Position numbers and translations under genes: made by a program. DNA of 64,000 nucleotides from an uncultured Methylomirabilota bacterium (GTDB lineage: Bacteria > Methylomirabilota > Methylomirabilia > Methylomirabilales > 2-02-FULL-66-22), in contig OY970067.1 of assembly GCA_963705305.1 (NCBI GenBank), forward strand, positions 2,944,001 to 3,008,000, read 5' to 3'. Below the pieces are notes generated by a model. The model saw only the letters and a list, made by a program, of their open reading frames with translations, was not told the origin of the DNA and did no database searches. How positions within the stretch are numbered: the first letter of the stretch is position 1; each line of letters starts with the position of its first letter. Below, piece after piece: positions 1-11,418 of this stretch.

Positions 1-1912
1 GCTCGTCCACCACGTCCAGCAGGGTCTGCGGGCCCACGCCCTCTACAAGCGGGACGTGGACTACGTGGTGAAGGAGGGCGAGGTCATCATCGTCGACGAG
101 TTCACCGGCCGGCTGATGCCGGGGCGGCGCTGGAGCGACGGCCTGCACCAGGCGGTGGAGGCCAAAGAGAAGGTGAAGATCGAAAAGGAGAACCAGACGC
201 TGGCCTCCATCACCATCCAGAACTATTTCCGCATGTACACCAAGCTGGCGGGCATGACCGGCACGGCGGACACCGAGGCGGCGGAATTCGCCAAGATCTA
301 CAATCTGGACGTGATGGTCATTCCCACCAACAAGCCCCTCATCCGGCACTCCTACAACGACGTGGTCTACAAGACCCACCGGGAGAAGCTCAGCGCCGCA
401 GCGGACGAGATCGCGGAGATGCACAAGATCGGCCGGCCGGTCCTGGTGGGCACCACCTCCATCGAGAAATCCGAGGCGCTCAGCGCGCTGCTCAAGCGGC
501 GGGGCACCCCCCACCAGGTCTTGAACGCCAAGCCGATGTACGCCGAGCGCGAGGCGGAAGTCGTGGCGCAGGCCGGGCGGTTCAAGGCCGTGACCATCTC
601 CACCAACATGGCCGGCCGCGGGACGGACATCCTGCTGGGCGGCAACCCGAAGTTCCTGGCGGAGGACTTGCTGCGGCGGGGGGAGATCGGCCGGGACGGC
701 CTGAACCCCGGCGAGTTCGAGCGGATCCTGGCCGAGGTCCGGGACATGCAGCGCTACGGTCTGCTGGAGACCGACGATCCCGAGAACTATGCGGCCGCCC
801 TGGCGCGGGTCCGCAAGGAGACCGAGGCCGAGCACGAGAAGGTGGTAGCGCTGGGCGGGCTGCACATCATCGCCACGGAGCGCCACGAGGCGCGCCGCAT
901 CGACAACCAGCTGCGGGGCCGCGCCGGCCGGCAGGGCGATCCCGGCTCCTCCCGCTTCTACCTGTCGCTGGAAGACGACCTGCTGCGGCTCTTCGCCCAG
1001 GAGCGCATCGCCCGGATCATGGAGAAGCTGGGCATGCAGGAGGGGGAGCCCATCGAGCACCCGTGGGTGACCCGCGCCATCGAGACCGCCCAGAAGCGGG
1101 TGGAGGATCACAACTTCGAGATCCGCAAGCACCTGATCGAGTACGACGACGTCATGAACACCCAGCGCAAGATCATCTACGGCGAGCGCCGGAAGCTCCT
1201 GGAGGGGGAGGACGTGCGCGAGGTCGTGGAGGGGATGTTCGAGGAGGCGCTGGACAGTCTGCTGGGTGTGTACACCAAGGAAGAGACCTACCCGGAAGAG
1301 TGGGACATAGTCGGCCTGAGCGAAGCCATGAAGCGCCAGTTCGACCTGGAGGTCTCCTGGAGCAAGGCGCAGATCGAGGAGATGACCCTGGCCATCCTGA
1401 AGGATGAGCTCCTCGAGAAGGTGCAGGGCGCCTACCGGGCCAAGGAGGCCCAGGTCGGCGGCGACATGATGCGCTACCTGGAGCGGATGATCATGCTCCA
1501 GGTGGTGGACTCCCAGTGGAAGGACCACCTCCTGGCGATGGACCACCTGAAGGAGGGGATCGGCCTCAGAGGCTACGGGCAGAAGGATCCCCTGGTCGAG
1601 TACAAGCGCGAAGGCTACGAGATGTTCGAAGCCATGGAGGCGCGTCTTGCCAAGGACACGGTGGAGTTCCTGATGAAGGTGCAGGCGGCGGTGGAGCCCG
1701 AGCGGGTCGGCGAGATGGCGGACCTGTCGGAGTTCCCCCTGGCCCCGGCGGGCGACGCCCGCCGCCACCGCGAGCGCGCGGCCACTCCCGCCCGCAGCCT
1801 CCAGCCGGCCGGCGCGCCCGCCCTGGCCCCGGTCTCCCGGGTCAAGGTGGGGCGCAACGATCCCTGTCCCTGCGGGAGTGGGAAGAAATACAAGAAGTGC
1901 TGTGGGGCCTGA
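1..1912 (+). CDS. secA: Preprotein translocase ATPase SecA (5'-truncated by window edge)
   Basis: [34 protein letters not shown] motifs and C-terminal SEC-C motif [18 protein letters not shown]; frame open to the left edge. Confidence 0.98.
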   Translation, partial: LVHHVQQGLRAHALYKRDVDYVVKEGEVIIVDEFTGRLMPGRRWSDGLHQAVEAKEKVKIEKENQTLASITIQNYFRMYTKLAGMTGTADTEAAEFAKIYNLDVMVIPTNKPLIRHSYNDVVYKTHREKLSAAADEIAEMHKIGRPVLVGTTSIEKSEALSALLKRRGTPHQVLNAKPMYAEREAEVVAQAGRFKAVTISTNMAGRGTDILLGGNPKFLAEDLLRRGEIGRDGLNPGEFERILAEVRDMQRYGLLETDDPENYAAALARVRKETEAEHEKVVALGGLHIIATERHEARRIDNQLRGRAGRQGDPGSSRFYLSLEDDLLRLFAQERIARIMEKLGMQEGEPIEHPWVTRAIETAQKRVEDHNFEIRKHLIEYDDVMNTQRKIIYGERRKLLEGEDVREVVEGMFEEALDSLLGVYTKEETYPEEWDIVGLSEAMKRQFDLEVSWSKAQIEEMTLAILKDELLEKVQGAYRAKEAQVGGDMMRYLERMIMLQVVDSQWKDHLLAMDHLKEGIGLRGYGQKDPLVEYKREGYEMFEAMEARLAKDTVEFLMKVQAAVEPERVGEMADLSEFPLAPAGDARRHRERAATPARSLQPAGAPALAPVSRVKVGRNDPCPCGSGKKYKKCCGA

Positions 1913-1962
1913 GGGCCGCCAGGACGAGGCGGCCGGGCAACAGTGAAGGTGCCGGGGCCGTC

Positions 1963-2820
1963 ATGGGAGGTCGGGTAGTGAGCGAGCGCGGATCGGCTGG
2001 CGGTATGGTCACGGTTGCGGGAATTCAGTTGGCGTGCGGCGCGGAGCGGGATGCCAACATCTCCAAGGCCATGGACCTGGCCCGCATCGCGGTCGAGCGG
2101 GGAGCCAAGATCGTCTGCTTCGCCGAGTGCTTTGCCTGGCCCTGGTTCCCCCGCAAGGCCGTGGAGGCGAACCGCGCCCTGGCAGAGCCGATCCCCGGCT
2201 CCCTGACGCGCGCCCTGCAGCTCTTGGCGGAATCGACTCAGGCGGTGGTGGTGGCTCCCATGTACGAGGCGGCCGAGGAGTCGGCCCGCTACAACACCAC
2301 CGCGGTCATCGACGCCGACGGCAGCCTCCTGGGGGTGTACCGGAAGAATCACATTCCCGACCTTCCCAACTATGAGGAGCGCTTCTACTTCCGGCCTGGG
2401 AACCTGGGGTTCCCGGTGTTCAAGACGCGGTACGCGACCATCGGGATCCAGACGTGCTGGGACAACTTCTTCCCGGAGGGCGCACGCGCCCTGGCCCTCA
2501 AGGGGGCCCAGATCATCCTCTGCCCGACGGCCTGTTCCACGGCCGGCGGCTCCGCCAAGTGGGAGCGGGCCATCGCCGGCCACGCGGTCTACAACTGCCT
2601 GTATGCCTTCCGCGTGAACCGGATCGGAACGGAAGAGTCGATGAGCTTCTATGGGCGGAGCTTCTGCGTGGATCCCAACGGGGATTTCGTCAGCGAGCCC
2701 GCCGGCCCCAACGAGGGGATCATCCTGGCGGACCTCGACCTGGGGTGGATCAAGCTGGTGCGGGACGACTGGACCTTCTTCAAGGACCGGCGACCGGGCA
2801 TCTACAAGGATCTGGTCTGA
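1963..2820 (+). CDS. Carbon-nitrogen hydrolase (nitrilase superfamily, N-carbamoylputrescine amidase/beta-ureidopropionase-like)
   Basis: Glu-Lys-Cys triad contexts FAEC, YRKNHIP, TCWD; start ATG 1963 or 2005. Confidence 0.88.
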   Translation: MGGRVVSERGSAGGMVTVAGIQLACGAERDANISKAMDLARIAVERGAKIVCFAECFAWPWFPRKAVEANRALAEPIPGSLTRALQLLAESTQAVVVAPMYEAAEESARYNTTAVIDADGSLLGVYRKNHIPDLPNYEERFYFRPGNLGFPVFKTRYATIGIQTCWDNFFPEGARALALKGAQIILCPTACSTAGGSAKWERAIAGHAVYNCLYAFRVNRIGTEESMSFYGRSFCVDPNGDFVSEPAGPNEGIILADLDLGWIKLVRDDWTFFKDRRPGIYKDLV

Positions 2821-2911
2821 GGCGGGGCGTCGAGCGCCCTCCGGTCGAAGATGCACGCGGCCGGCTCCCGGGGGAGCCGGCCGCGTCGTGTGTGCCGGGC
2901 CGAAGCCCGGA

Positions 2912-3697
2912 TTATTTCTTCGCCGATCCCATGACCGTCGTGTAGGCGGCCTGCATGGCGTCCTGCAGCCAGGCCATGTCGCCACCCAGGCACATGAAGC
3001 GGCAGCCTCGCCCGATCCACTTCTTGGCGGAGTCCAGATCGTAGGTGTGCACGCCGCAGGGAATGTTCTTCTTTTGGCAAGCCTCCAGGATGTGGTCCAC
3101 CCGCTTGGATACCTCGGGGTGACCGATGTCCCCCGGAATGCCCAGCGTCTGGGACATGTCGTTCGGACCGATGAAGACGGCATCCACGCCGGGGACGTCG
3201 AGCATTGCCGCGACGTTGTCCGCCCCCTCCTTGGACTCGATCTGCAGGACGATCATGGTCTCCTGGTTCAGCTTGGGGGTCAGCTCGGACCCCTTGTACT
3301 TGCCCCAGGAGGTGTGGGCGTTGCGCAGAGACATCCCGCGCTGGCCCATGGGGTAGTACTTGGTCGAGTGGATGATGAACTCCACCTGCTCGCGGGTCTC
3401 GGTTTGGGGACAGAGCAGGCCGGTGGCGCCCAGGTCGAGGATCTGGTACATCCGCTGGGCCTCGCGGCTGTTGGGCACCCGGACGATGGTTGGAAGGTTG
3501 ACCCCGCGGGCGGCGATGCAGAAGTCCATCAGGCTGGGGGGCGTGAACGAGCCGTGCTCGGCATCCAGGAACACGTAATCCCAGCCGGCGTTCTTCATCA
3601 GGACGGCCACGGCGGGCTGATTCAGATGGGTGAGCATGGTGCCGAGGACTACGCCCCCGGCTTTCAGTGTCTTCTTCACTTGGTTGTCCAGGATCAT
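2912..3697 (-). CDS. HpcH/HpaI family class II aldolase
   Basis: LDAEHG, LQIES, FIGPNDMS motifs; GGAGG RBS before ATG. Confidence 0.9.
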   Translation of the reverse strand: MILDNQVKKTLKAGGVVLGTMLTHLNQPAVAVLMKNAGWDYVFLDAEHGSFTPPSLMDFCIAARGVNLPTIVRVPNSREAQRMYQILDLGATGLLCPQTETREQVEFIIHSTKYYPMGQRGMSLRNAHTSWGKYKGSELTPKLNQETMIVLQIESKEGADNVAAMLDVPGVDAVFIGPNDMSQTLGIPGDIGHPEVSKRVDHILEACQKKNIPCGVHTYDLDSAKKWIGRGCRFMCLGGDMAWLQDAMQAAYTTVMGSAKK

Positions 3698-3790
3698 CGC
3701 TTCCTCCGTGCCAAAGCGTGCGGCGTGATTGGTTGCGGTTCAGCGCGCGGAACGGGTGTGAGGGTAGCGCAGGTGGGCCAGAAGGCAAGC

Positions 3791-3824
3791 AAAAAGGGCC
3801 AGAGGTCCGAACCCCTGGCCCTTT
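3791..3824 (-). terminator. Rho-independent terminator after the AOR-MoaD operon
   Basis: Arms AAAGGGCCAG (3793-3802) / CTGGCCCTTT (3815-3824); T-run follows on the minus strand. Confidence 0.7.
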
Positions 3825-3846
3825 CCCCCTCCCCGGTCCCGATGGG

Positions 3847-4122
3847 TCAGCCGCCCATCAGGATGGGGTGCAGCTCGACGACGTGGCCGTCCTTGGGCCT
3901 GAAGGTGAGGTACTCTCGCTCGCCGTTCACCGCAGCAAGGCCGAACTCGACCTCCGGCAGGCCGGCCAGGCGGATGAGATCGCGAACGGTCGCCTCCTGG
4001 GGCCCCCGGACTTCGATCAGATGCGAGGGAAGATTGTAGTAGCGCAGGAAGCTCCGGGGGATCTCCAGGAGCACAGTTTTCCCGGCGCGCTCATGCCCGT
4101 TGCCGTTTCCGCTCCCCTTCAC
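3847..4122 (-). CDS. MoaD/ThiS-like sulfur carrier (ubiquitin-like)
   Basis: About 90 aa, AVNGE motif, C-terminal Gly-Gly; start overlaps the AOR stop. Confidence 0.8.
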   Translation of the reverse strand: MKGSGNGNGHERAGKTVLLEIPRSFLRYYNLPSHLIEVRGPQEATVRDLIRLAGLPEVEFGLAAVNGEREYLTFRPKDGHVVELHPILMGG

Positions 4123-5993
4123 GTGAACACGACTTCCTTCTCGTCGGTCAGCTCCAAGGTGTGGAGCGTCTCCGGCGTCGGCAGTCCGTCGGGCGACCAG
4201 CCCCGGACCTCATAGTATTCGTCCAGCATCTTCTCGAACGCTTCGGGCGGGATGTTGGGCAGGTCCTCGCCCCGCTTCTGGAGGGTGAGGATGCGGTGAG
4301 GAAGCTGGTCGTCCTCGCGCGTCACGCCCAGCCGTGCATTGTAGAGCCGCTTCAGGGTGAAGATGCGGTCTCCCGCCTCCATCAGGTCTTCCCAGGTCCA
4401 CTTCCATCCCGTGATGAGGTTCAGGGCCTCGGTGACAGGCGTCGGACTCATGGCCCGCGCGTAGAATTTGCAGAGGCCGACCCCGTTGTAGACCGCCATC
4501 AGGCTGTGCATGCGGGCGGCCAGCAGGGCCTTCCCGTCGGTGACGCGGGGGCTCAGCTTGGCGTTGTAGCCGAACTCCGGCATGGGGACCCCGGTCTCCA
4601 CGATGAAGGGGAGCCCCTCCAGGTGGCAGGCGCCCCGCGCCCCGGTGGCGTAGTTCAACCCCATGGACCAGAAGGCCCGGGGATCGTGCATGGGAAACTC
4701 CAGGCCCTTCACCGTGACCGTAAGCTTCTCGGCCCCGCCCCCGATTTTTTTGGCCGCAGCCAGCGAACCGTCGGCCAACAGGTCCCCCAGGCCCTGGCGG
4801 TGCGCGATCTGCTCTACCAAGGTCAGGATGGCCTTGGCATCCCCCCAGGCGAGCTTCATCCCGCCGGTGTCCCGCTCACCGATGAGGCCCTGCTCGAAGG
4901 CCTCGATGGCGAAGGCGATGCTGTTCCCCGTGGAGATGGTATCGAGGCCGTAGCGGTTGCACAGCTCGTTGGCCCGGATGACGGAAGGCAGATCGTCGTT
5001 CAGCGACATGGCGCCGAACGCCCCCAGCGTCTCGTACTCGGGGTTGTGGCCGACGTTCATCCGGACCCCGTCGGGACCCTCCATCGTGACGTGTTGCCAG
5101 CAGTGGATGGGGCAGCCGGAGCAGGAGCTGGACTTGACCTCGTACTTCTGATGAATGGTCTTGCCGCTGATCTTGGCCGCGCCCTCCGGCCAGTGTCCTC
5201 CCCGGAAGTTCTGGATGGGGAGGCCGCCGCGCTCTTCGTGAACCTCGATGCCGCCGGAGGTGCCGTAGGTCGTAAAGAGGCCGAACTTGGGGGGCATCTC
5301 GACGGTCTTCTTGAAGGCCCAGCCCATGAGCCCACCCGGGTTGGCGACCGGCACGCCTCGGGTGCCGCGGACCACGACGGCCTTCAGGTTCTTGGCCCCC
5401 ATGACGGCGCCCAGGCCGGTGCGTCCGGCGGCACGGGCATGTTGGCCCTCCACCATGATGGAGGCGATCCGCACCAGGTTCTCGCCGGCCAGCCCGATGG
5501 CGGCCACCTTGGCCTTGGGATCCGTCTCTGCCAGCAAGAGATCGTTGGCGTCGTACGTGTCTTTTCCCCAGAGGTGCTCGGCGGGTCGGAGCTTGACGTG
5601 GTCGTCGCTGATCCAGAGATAGACCGGGCGCTTCGCCGCGCCCAGGATCACCAGGCCGTCGTAGCCGGTGAATCGGAACTCGGCGCCCCAGGTCCCGCCG
5701 ACGGTGGCCTCGCCCCAGATATTGGTGAGGGGAGAGCGGGAGATCACGGAGGTGCGTGTCCCCCCGGGGATGGTCGTCCCCGTGAACATCCCGGGCATGA
5801 AGATCAGCGGATTGCGGGGATGAAATGGGTCCAGCGGCGGGTTGCCCAGGTCCATGAGCAGCCGCGCTCCCAGGCCGCTTCCCATGAGGTACTTCTTGTA
5901 CAGGGCGTCCGGGAGCGTCCGTTTTTCTACCGTCCCGGAGGTGAGATCAACCAGGAGGATCTTGCCAGAATATCCCTTGCCTCGCATTGCCAT
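4119..5993 (-). CDS. Aldehyde:ferredoxin oxidoreductase (W/Mo-pterin AOR family)
   Basis: GYSGKILLVDL N-terminus, AAGRTGLGAVMGAKNLKA, CSGCPIHC, EYET, GLDTIS, GACH; start ATG 5993 or 5987. Confidence 0.93.
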   Translation of the reverse strand: MAMRGKGYSGKILLVDLTSGTVEKRTLPDALYKKYLMGSGLGARLLMDLGNPPLDPFHPRNPLIFMPGMFTGTTIPGGTRTSVISRSPLTNIWGEATVGGTWGAEFRFTGYDGLVILGAAKRPVYLWISDDHVKLRPAEHLWGKDTYDANDLLLAETDPKAKVAAIGLAGENLVRIASIMVEGQHARAAGRTGLGAVMGAKNLKAVVVRGTRGVPVANPGGLMGWAFKKTVEMPPKFGLFTTYGTSGGIEVHEERGGLPIQNFRGGHWPEGAAKISGKTIHQKYEVKSSSCSGCPIHCWQHVTMEGPDGVRMNVGHNPEYETLGAFGAMSLNDDLPSVIRANELCNRYGLDTISTGNSIAFAIEAFEQGLIGERDTGGMKLAWGDAKAILTLVEQIAHRQGLGDLLADGSLAAAKKIGGGAEKLTVTVKGLEFPMHDPRAFWSMGLNYATGARGACHLEGLPFIVETGVPMPEFGYNAKLSPRVTDGKALLAARMHSLMAVYNGVGLCKFYARAMSPTPVTEALNLITGWKWTWEDLMEAGDRIFTLKRLYNARLGVTREDDQLPHRILTLQKRGEDLPNIPPEAFEKMLDEYYEVRGWSPDGLPTPETLHTLELTDEKEVVFT

Positions 5994-6335
5994 CCTCGAA
6001 CATCCGCGGCCGATTCGTTGAGTCAGAATACGCCATAAGGCACCGTTATCATCCTGTATCAAGCCGGATGGTTCAAGAGAAAATTCAAAGGCCAGATTAT
6101 GCTTGTAAATATTTGTATTTTCACAGCTAGGTCGAATGGAGATACCAGATTGAAGCCACCAAATATGCTGGCATATTGGTGAGATTTCGCAGACGCAAGG
6201 CTGCGGCATGAGTGTCAAGATTCCTCTGCCGCCATTGGAGGTTGACGAGGCGGGGGTGAAAGAGTAAAAAGCCAACAATTCCAAAAGAAGCAATGCGCGC
6301 CGGCTGCCATCCTCGGCCGGGCGGCGGGATCGCAC

Positions 6336-7151
6336 ATGTCTGGGAAATACGTGCACGGTTATTCGCCGACGGAGGGCGGACGCCTCATGGATCAGGCGTC
6401 CACCCTGGCGGAGCTCTTGCACTCGGACACCGCCTACCCGGCGGGAAGCCTGGTGCTGGAGGCGGGCTGTGGCGTCGGCGCCCAGACCGTCACGCTGGCC
6501 GCTTCCAGCCCGCATGCTGCCTTCGTCTCCGTGGACATTTCGGCGGACTCGCTGGCGCAGGCAGAATCCCGGCTGCGACAGGCGGGGCTGGACAACGTCA
6601 CCTTCCGGCAGGCCGACATCTTTGCCCTGCCCTTCGATGCTGCCCACTTCGATCACGTCTTCATCTGCTTTGTCCTGGAGCACCTGGCAAGCTCCAAGCG
6701 CGCGCTGGCGGAGATGATCCGGGTCCTGAAGCCCGGCGGAACGCTGACCGTGATCGAGGGGGACCACGGCTCGGCCTACTTCCATCCCCAGAGCGACTTC
6801 GCCCGGAAAGCCATCCAGTGCCTGGTGGATCTCCAGCGCGACGCGGGCGGTGATGCGCTCATAGGGCGCCGGCTGTATCCGCTGCTGGTCCAGGCCGGGT
6901 TCCGTGAGGTTCGCGTGTCGCCGCGAATGGTCTACGCCGACGCCAGCCGGCCGGCGATGGTGGATGGCTTCATTCGCAAGACCTTCGCGGCCATGGTGGA
7001 GGGAGTGGGGCAGCAGGCTATCCGCCAGGGGTTGATGGACGCGGCCTCTTGGGCACGGGGGATTCAGGACCTGTACCGGACGGCGGAGAACGACGGGACC
7101 TTCTGCTATACGTTCTTCAAAGCTATTGCACGGCGTCCGGAGGGTGCGTGA
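6336..7151 (+). CDS. Class I SAM-dependent methyltransferase
   Basis: VLEAGCGVG motif I, FDHVF, RVLKPGG. Confidence 0.88.
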   Translation: MSGKYVHGYSPTEGGRLMDQASTLAELLHSDTAYPAGSLVLEAGCGVGAQTVTLAASSPHAAFVSVDISADSLAQAESRLRQAGLDNVTFRQADIFALPFDAAHFDHVFICFVLEHLASSKRALAEMIRVLKPGGTLTVIEGDHGSAYFHPQSDFARKAIQCLVDLQRDAGGDALIGRRLYPLLVQAGFREVRVSPRMVYADASRPAMVDGFIRKTFAAMVEGVGQQAIRQGLMDAASWARGIQDLYRTAENDGTFCYTFFKAIARRPEGA

Positions 7152-7391
7152 CCCCGTCGATCCGGGGGGTCACGCGACGCCCGAAGCCTCACAGGTACCG
7201 GAACCGGGGCCTTTCTGCCGCATAACTGCCCTGCCTTCTCGGCGATCTTTCGGTCAACCCACAGACTCAGCCCGATTTCTGCCGCATTTGCTTGAACAAA
7301 TGGAAAATATGTGCACAATGCCTCCTACGATCCCCGCAGGGACGGGGAGGGAGGCGGGTCCAGCTAACAACGAAAGGCGGCGAGGTGGCAC

Positions 7392-7967
7392 ATGGAAGAG
7401 AAGAACACGATTGGCGACAAGCTGAAGGCGGTGCGCGCATCCCGGAGCCTGAACCAGGATCAGCTGGCGGAGCGCGCCGGTCTCCGGCTCGAGGTCGTGA
7501 GCGGAATCGAGTCGGGAGAGTTGGTTCCGTCCCTGGCCCCCCTGATCCGGATCGCCCGGGCCCTGGGGGTGCGGCTTGGCACCTTCCTGGATGACCGGGA
7601 AAACGTAGGTCCCGTGCTGGTGCGGGCCGGGGAAAAGCGCAAGGTCATGCACGTCTCGGACAAGAACCATCCCGGGCACAGCGACCTCGATTTCTTCTCA
7701 CTGGCGGCCGACAAGGCGGGCCGTCACATGGAGCCCTTCCTCATCGATATCTATCCCTCCTCGGCGCAGGAGGTCAAGATGTCAACCCACGAGGGGGAGG
7801 AGTTCATCTACGTCGTCGCCGGCCAGGTGGAGATCACTTACGGGACGGAGGTCCATCGCCTCTCGCCCGGCGATTCGGTCTACTATGACAGCATCGTCGC
7901 CCACAGTGTGCATTGCGCGGGGAGTCAGCCGGCGCAGATCCTGGCTGTCGTGTACGCCCCGTTCTGA
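7392..7967 (+). CDS. XRE-family HTH plus cupin transcriptional regulator
   Basis: N-terminal HTH ([17 protein letters not shown]), cupin HEGEEFIYV and [19 protein letters not shown]. Confidence 0.9.
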   Translation: MEEKNTIGDKLKAVRASRSLNQDQLAERAGLRLEVVSGIESGELVPSLAPLIRIARALGVRLGTFLDDRENVGPVLVRAGEKRKVMHVSDKNHPGHSDLDFFSLAADKAGRHMEPFLIDIYPSSAQEVKMSTHEGEEFIYVVAGQVEITYGTEVHRLSPGDSVYYDSIVAHSVHCAGSQPAQILAVVYAPF

Positions 7968-7984
7968 TTCCGAGAGGAGGCCGC

Positions 7985-9637
7985 ATGGAGTACATCACAG
8001 AGACGCTCGGTCAGGTCCTGGAGGCGCAGGTTGCCCGCCATCCCGAGAAGGAGTTCATGGTCTACGCCGACCGGGACCTGCGCTTCACGTACGCGGAGTT
8101 CGACCGCCGGGTGAACTCCATGGCCAAAGGCCTGCTGGCCATCGGCCTGCGAAAGGGGGACCATCTCGGCATCTGGGCCACCAACGTTCCCGACTGGCTC
8201 ACGCTGCTCTTCGCCACAGCCAAAATCGGCGTCGTCGCGGTCACCGTGAACACCGCGTACCGGCTCCATGAGATCGACTATCTGGTAAAGCAGTCGGACA
8301 TCAAGGCCCTCTGCCTCGTTGACGGATTCCGCGACAGCGATTACGTGGCCATGATCAACGAGCTGGTGCCCGAGCTGAAATCTTGCGAGCGGGGCCGGCT
8401 GGTCAGCGCGCGCTTCCCCAATCTGAAGAGTGTGATCTTCGTCGGTCCCGAGAAGCACCGGGGAATGTACAACACCCAAGAGCTCTTGCTCCTGGGTGCC
8501 CACACGCCCGACGAGGCGGTGGCGCGGGCCTCGGCGGACCTCTCCTGCGACGAGGTGATCAACATGCAGTACACCTCGGGCACCACGGGCTTCCCGAAGG
8601 GCGTGATGCTCACGCACCATAACATCCTGAACAACGGGTTCCACATCGGGGAGCGGCAGAAGCTCACCGAGGCCGATCGCCTCTGCCTGTCCGTCCCCCT
8701 GTTCCACTGCTTCGGGCTGGTGCTGGGGGTCATGGCCGTCCTCACCCACGGGGCCACCCTGGTGATCCTGGAAAGCTTCGACCCGCTGCTGGCCCTGGCC
8801 TCCGTGCAGAAAGAGCGATGCACGGCACTTTACGGCGTGCCGACCATGTTCATCGCCGAGCTGAACCACCCCATGTTCAAGATGTTCGACCTCTCCACGT
8901 TGCGGACCGGCATCATGGCCGGCTCTCCCTGCCCGATGGAGATCATGAAGCGGGTGATCTCGGACATGCGCTGCCGCGACATCACCATCGCCTACGGTCT
9001 CACCGAGGGCTCGCCGGTGATGACCCAGACCTCCACCGATGACCCCATCGAGATGCGGGTCTCGACGGTGGGGCAGCGGCTACCGGGGATCGAGGTGCGG
9101 ATCGTGAATCCGGAGACCCACACGGAGGTGCCGCCGGGGACGCAGGGGGAGGTGGTCTGCCGGGGCTACAACGTGATGAAGGGCTACTACCATTTGCCCG
9201 AGGCCACCGCCCAGGCCATCGACGCGGACGGGTGGCTGCACTCCGGGGATCTGGGCACCATGGACGAGAACGGGTACTTCAAGATCACGGGCCGGATCAA
9301 GGACATGATCATCCGGGGCGGCGAGAACATCTCGCCTCGCGAGATCGAGGAGTTCCTCCTCCAGCTGGACGGCATCCGGGACATCCAGATCGCCGGGATC
9401 GCCAGTCCCAAGTACGGCGAGGAGGTCGGCGCCTTCATCATCAAGAGGGAGGGCGCCACGATCACCGAGGAGGACGTACGGGATTTCTGCCGGGGCCAGA
9501 TCGCCAATTTCAAGATCCCCCGCTACGTGTTCTTCGTGGACGGGTACCCGATGACGGCCAGCGGCAAGGTCCAGAAATACAAGCTCAGGGAGCTGGGCCT
9601 GGAGCTGCTCAAGGCGCAGGGGGTCGAGCCGGCCTAG
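7985..9637 (+). CDS. AMP-binding acyl-CoA synthetase
   Basis: [50 protein letters not shown]. Confidence 0.93.
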   Translation: MEYITETLGQVLEAQVARHPEKEFMVYADRDLRFTYAEFDRRVNSMAKGLLAIGLRKGDHLGIWATNVPDWLTLLFATAKIGVVAVTVNTAYRLHEIDYLVKQSDIKALCLVDGFRDSDYVAMINELVPELKSCERGRLVSARFPNLKSVIFVGPEKHRGMYNTQELLLLGAHTPDEAVARASADLSCDEVINMQYTSGTTGFPKGVMLTHHNILNNGFHIGERQKLTEADRLCLSVPLFHCFGLVLGVMAVLTHGATLVILESFDPLLALASVQKERCTALYGVPTMFIAELNHPMFKMFDLSTLRTGIMAGSPCPMEIMKRVISDMRCRDITIAYGLTEGSPVMTQTSTDDPIEMRVSTVGQRLPGIEVRIVNPETHTEVPPGTQGEVVCRGYNVMKGYYHLPEATAQAIDADGWLHSGDLGTMDENGYFKITGRIKDMIIRGGENISPREIEEFLLQLDGIRDIQIAGIASPKYGEEVGAFIIKREGATITEEDVRDFCRGQIANFKIPRYVFFVDGYPMTASGKVQKYKLRELGLELLKAQGVEPA

Positions 9638-9708
9638 TGCGGGGCCACGCGGCCGTCCGGCACTGGACGGTTGTCCCGCCTGTGCGCACCGGGGGTGGAG
9701 GCGGCAAG

Positions 9709-10074
9709 ATGAACAAGCTGCAGGAGATCGCGCGGCGGCGGAAAGAGGCGCACGCGAAGCTGGTGGCGCTGAAGTCGCCCGTGTACCAGGCGTTCCTGGC
9801 GATGGAGCAGGCGGCCTTTACGGATGGGGCGCTGCCCAAGAAGACCAAGGAGCTGATCGCGGCCGGGATCTCGGTCGTCCTGGACTGCGAATCCTGCATG
9901 CAGTGGCACATCGAGCAGGCGGCCCGGGCCGGGGCGAGCTTCCGGGAGGTCCTGGAGGCGGTCGAGGTGGGCATCGAGATGGGCGGCGGCCCGGCCACCG
10001 TCTCCGCCCGGTTCGCCCTCGAGGTCATGGAGGAGACCTTCCCAAACACTTCACCGCCAAGCTGCCAAGAATAA
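9709..10074 (+). CDS. Carboxymuconolactone decarboxylase/AhpD family protein
   Basis: GALPKKTKELIA and CESCMQWH (CxxC..H); GGAGG RBS. Confidence 0.85.
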   Translation: MNKLQEIARRRKEAHAKLVALKSPVYQAFLAMEQAAFTDGALPKKTKELIAAGISVVLDCESCMQWHIEQAARAGASFREVLEAVEVGIEMGGGPATVSARFALEVMEETFPNTSPPSCQE

Positions 10075-10113
10075 CGGGGAAGGTCTGCCTGCCTGCAGGT
10101 CAACACGCCAATC

Positions 10114-11255
10114 ATGCAGCACCTCAAAGCCGCCGGGGGGGTTGCTGTGTCAAGAACGTGGAAGCCGGAAACCGTCAACCTGCTGACGGTCTGCCTGGCC
10201 GGGCTCTTCGCTATTTTCATCATGCTGCGCTGCACGGCAGCAGCCTCGGCCGCAAGCGCCGCAGTACCCCAACCCCTGTTCAATGTCGGCTACCAGATTC
10301 TCGATCTCAAGTATCCAAAGGACGGACAGGTGCAGGCGCTCACCGTGGCCGTATGGTACCCGACCACGGCGCAGCCGAAACCGTACACCTACGCGGGGCC
10401 GACGACGCGCAGCGTCGCGGTCGGGGGGGGGCACCCGACGCCGGCAACAGCCCCTATCCTCTCCTGGTCTTTTCCCACGGCTATGGAGGAAGCGGCCTCA
10501 GCGCGGTGTTTTTCACGGAAGCCCTCGCCGCGCACGGCTGGGTCGTGGCCTGCCCGGATCATCACGACGAGTATTCGGCGGCCCGCATCCGGACCGGCCC
10601 GCAGAAGAACTTCGACCGCCTGGGCTTCCTGCGGGGCGCCAGGGAGATAACGAATTCGGGTCCCGGCGACCGAGGGAAGTACCTCTACCGACTGGACGAG
10701 ATGAGCCTTGTCCTGAACAGCATGCTGACCTCCGCCTCCTTCGGGAAACTCATCGACGGCGATCGAATAGCCGTCGGGGGTCACTCGCTGGGAGGATTCA
10801 CCGCACTGGGCTTGAGCGGAACCATTCCGGACCGGCGAGATCCCCGCATCAAGGCCGTCTTGTTGTTCTCGACAGGAGCCGGTGGATACCTGTTCAGGGA
10901 GGACGAGCTTGCGGGCGTGCGCATTCCATCCATGCTGTTCATGGGGGAAAGGGAAGAGCGCCAATCGCGCGGTTCCGGGACGATGGTGGAGCTTTCGACC
11001 AGGATTTTCGTGAAGGTATCGCCGCCGAAGTACTTCCTTGAAGTCAAAGGGGCCAGCCATTTCTCGTTCAACAACCGCTTTACGGACAACCGCATGGCGA
11101 GACTGCTGAGCGGCACCGAGGTGCAGTTTCGGGTGATTCGAAGATACTCGATTGCTTTCTTGGAGAAATATGTTGCCGGAAGGCAAGACTCCGGGCACGT
11201 GCTGGAGCACAGCGACCCAATGCTGACGCGGTATCTCGCGATACCCGGATCGTGA
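10114..11255 (+). pseudogene. Alpha/beta hydrolase (PAF-AH/dienelactone hydrolase-like), split by a frameshift in a G9 run
   Basis: N-half (signal-like segment, VAVWYP) is in the frame of ORF 10114; C-half (YPLLVFSHGYGG, GHSLGG, HFSF) is in the frame ending 11255; junction at G9 10423-10431. Confidence 0.75.
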
Positions 11256-11317
11256 ACACGCTCCAAGGCTCTCCGTGCCGGACATCGCAAAAATGTCGGG
11301 ATAACGGAGCGATCAGA

Positions 11318-11346
11318 AGTCCACTGAGTCAACAACGTCCCCCAAA
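11318..11346 (+). repeat. 29-bp repeat copy A (AGTCCACTGAGTCAACAACGTCCCCCAAA)
   Basis: 28/29 identical to 13726-13754; inverted copy at 13575-13601. Confidence 0.85.
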
Positions 11347-11418
11347 ACGAGGGAAATGGCTCGGTCTACGCGTACCTGAACTTCGCCTGTTGAAGAGACG
11401 CGGGAAATCTGATACACC

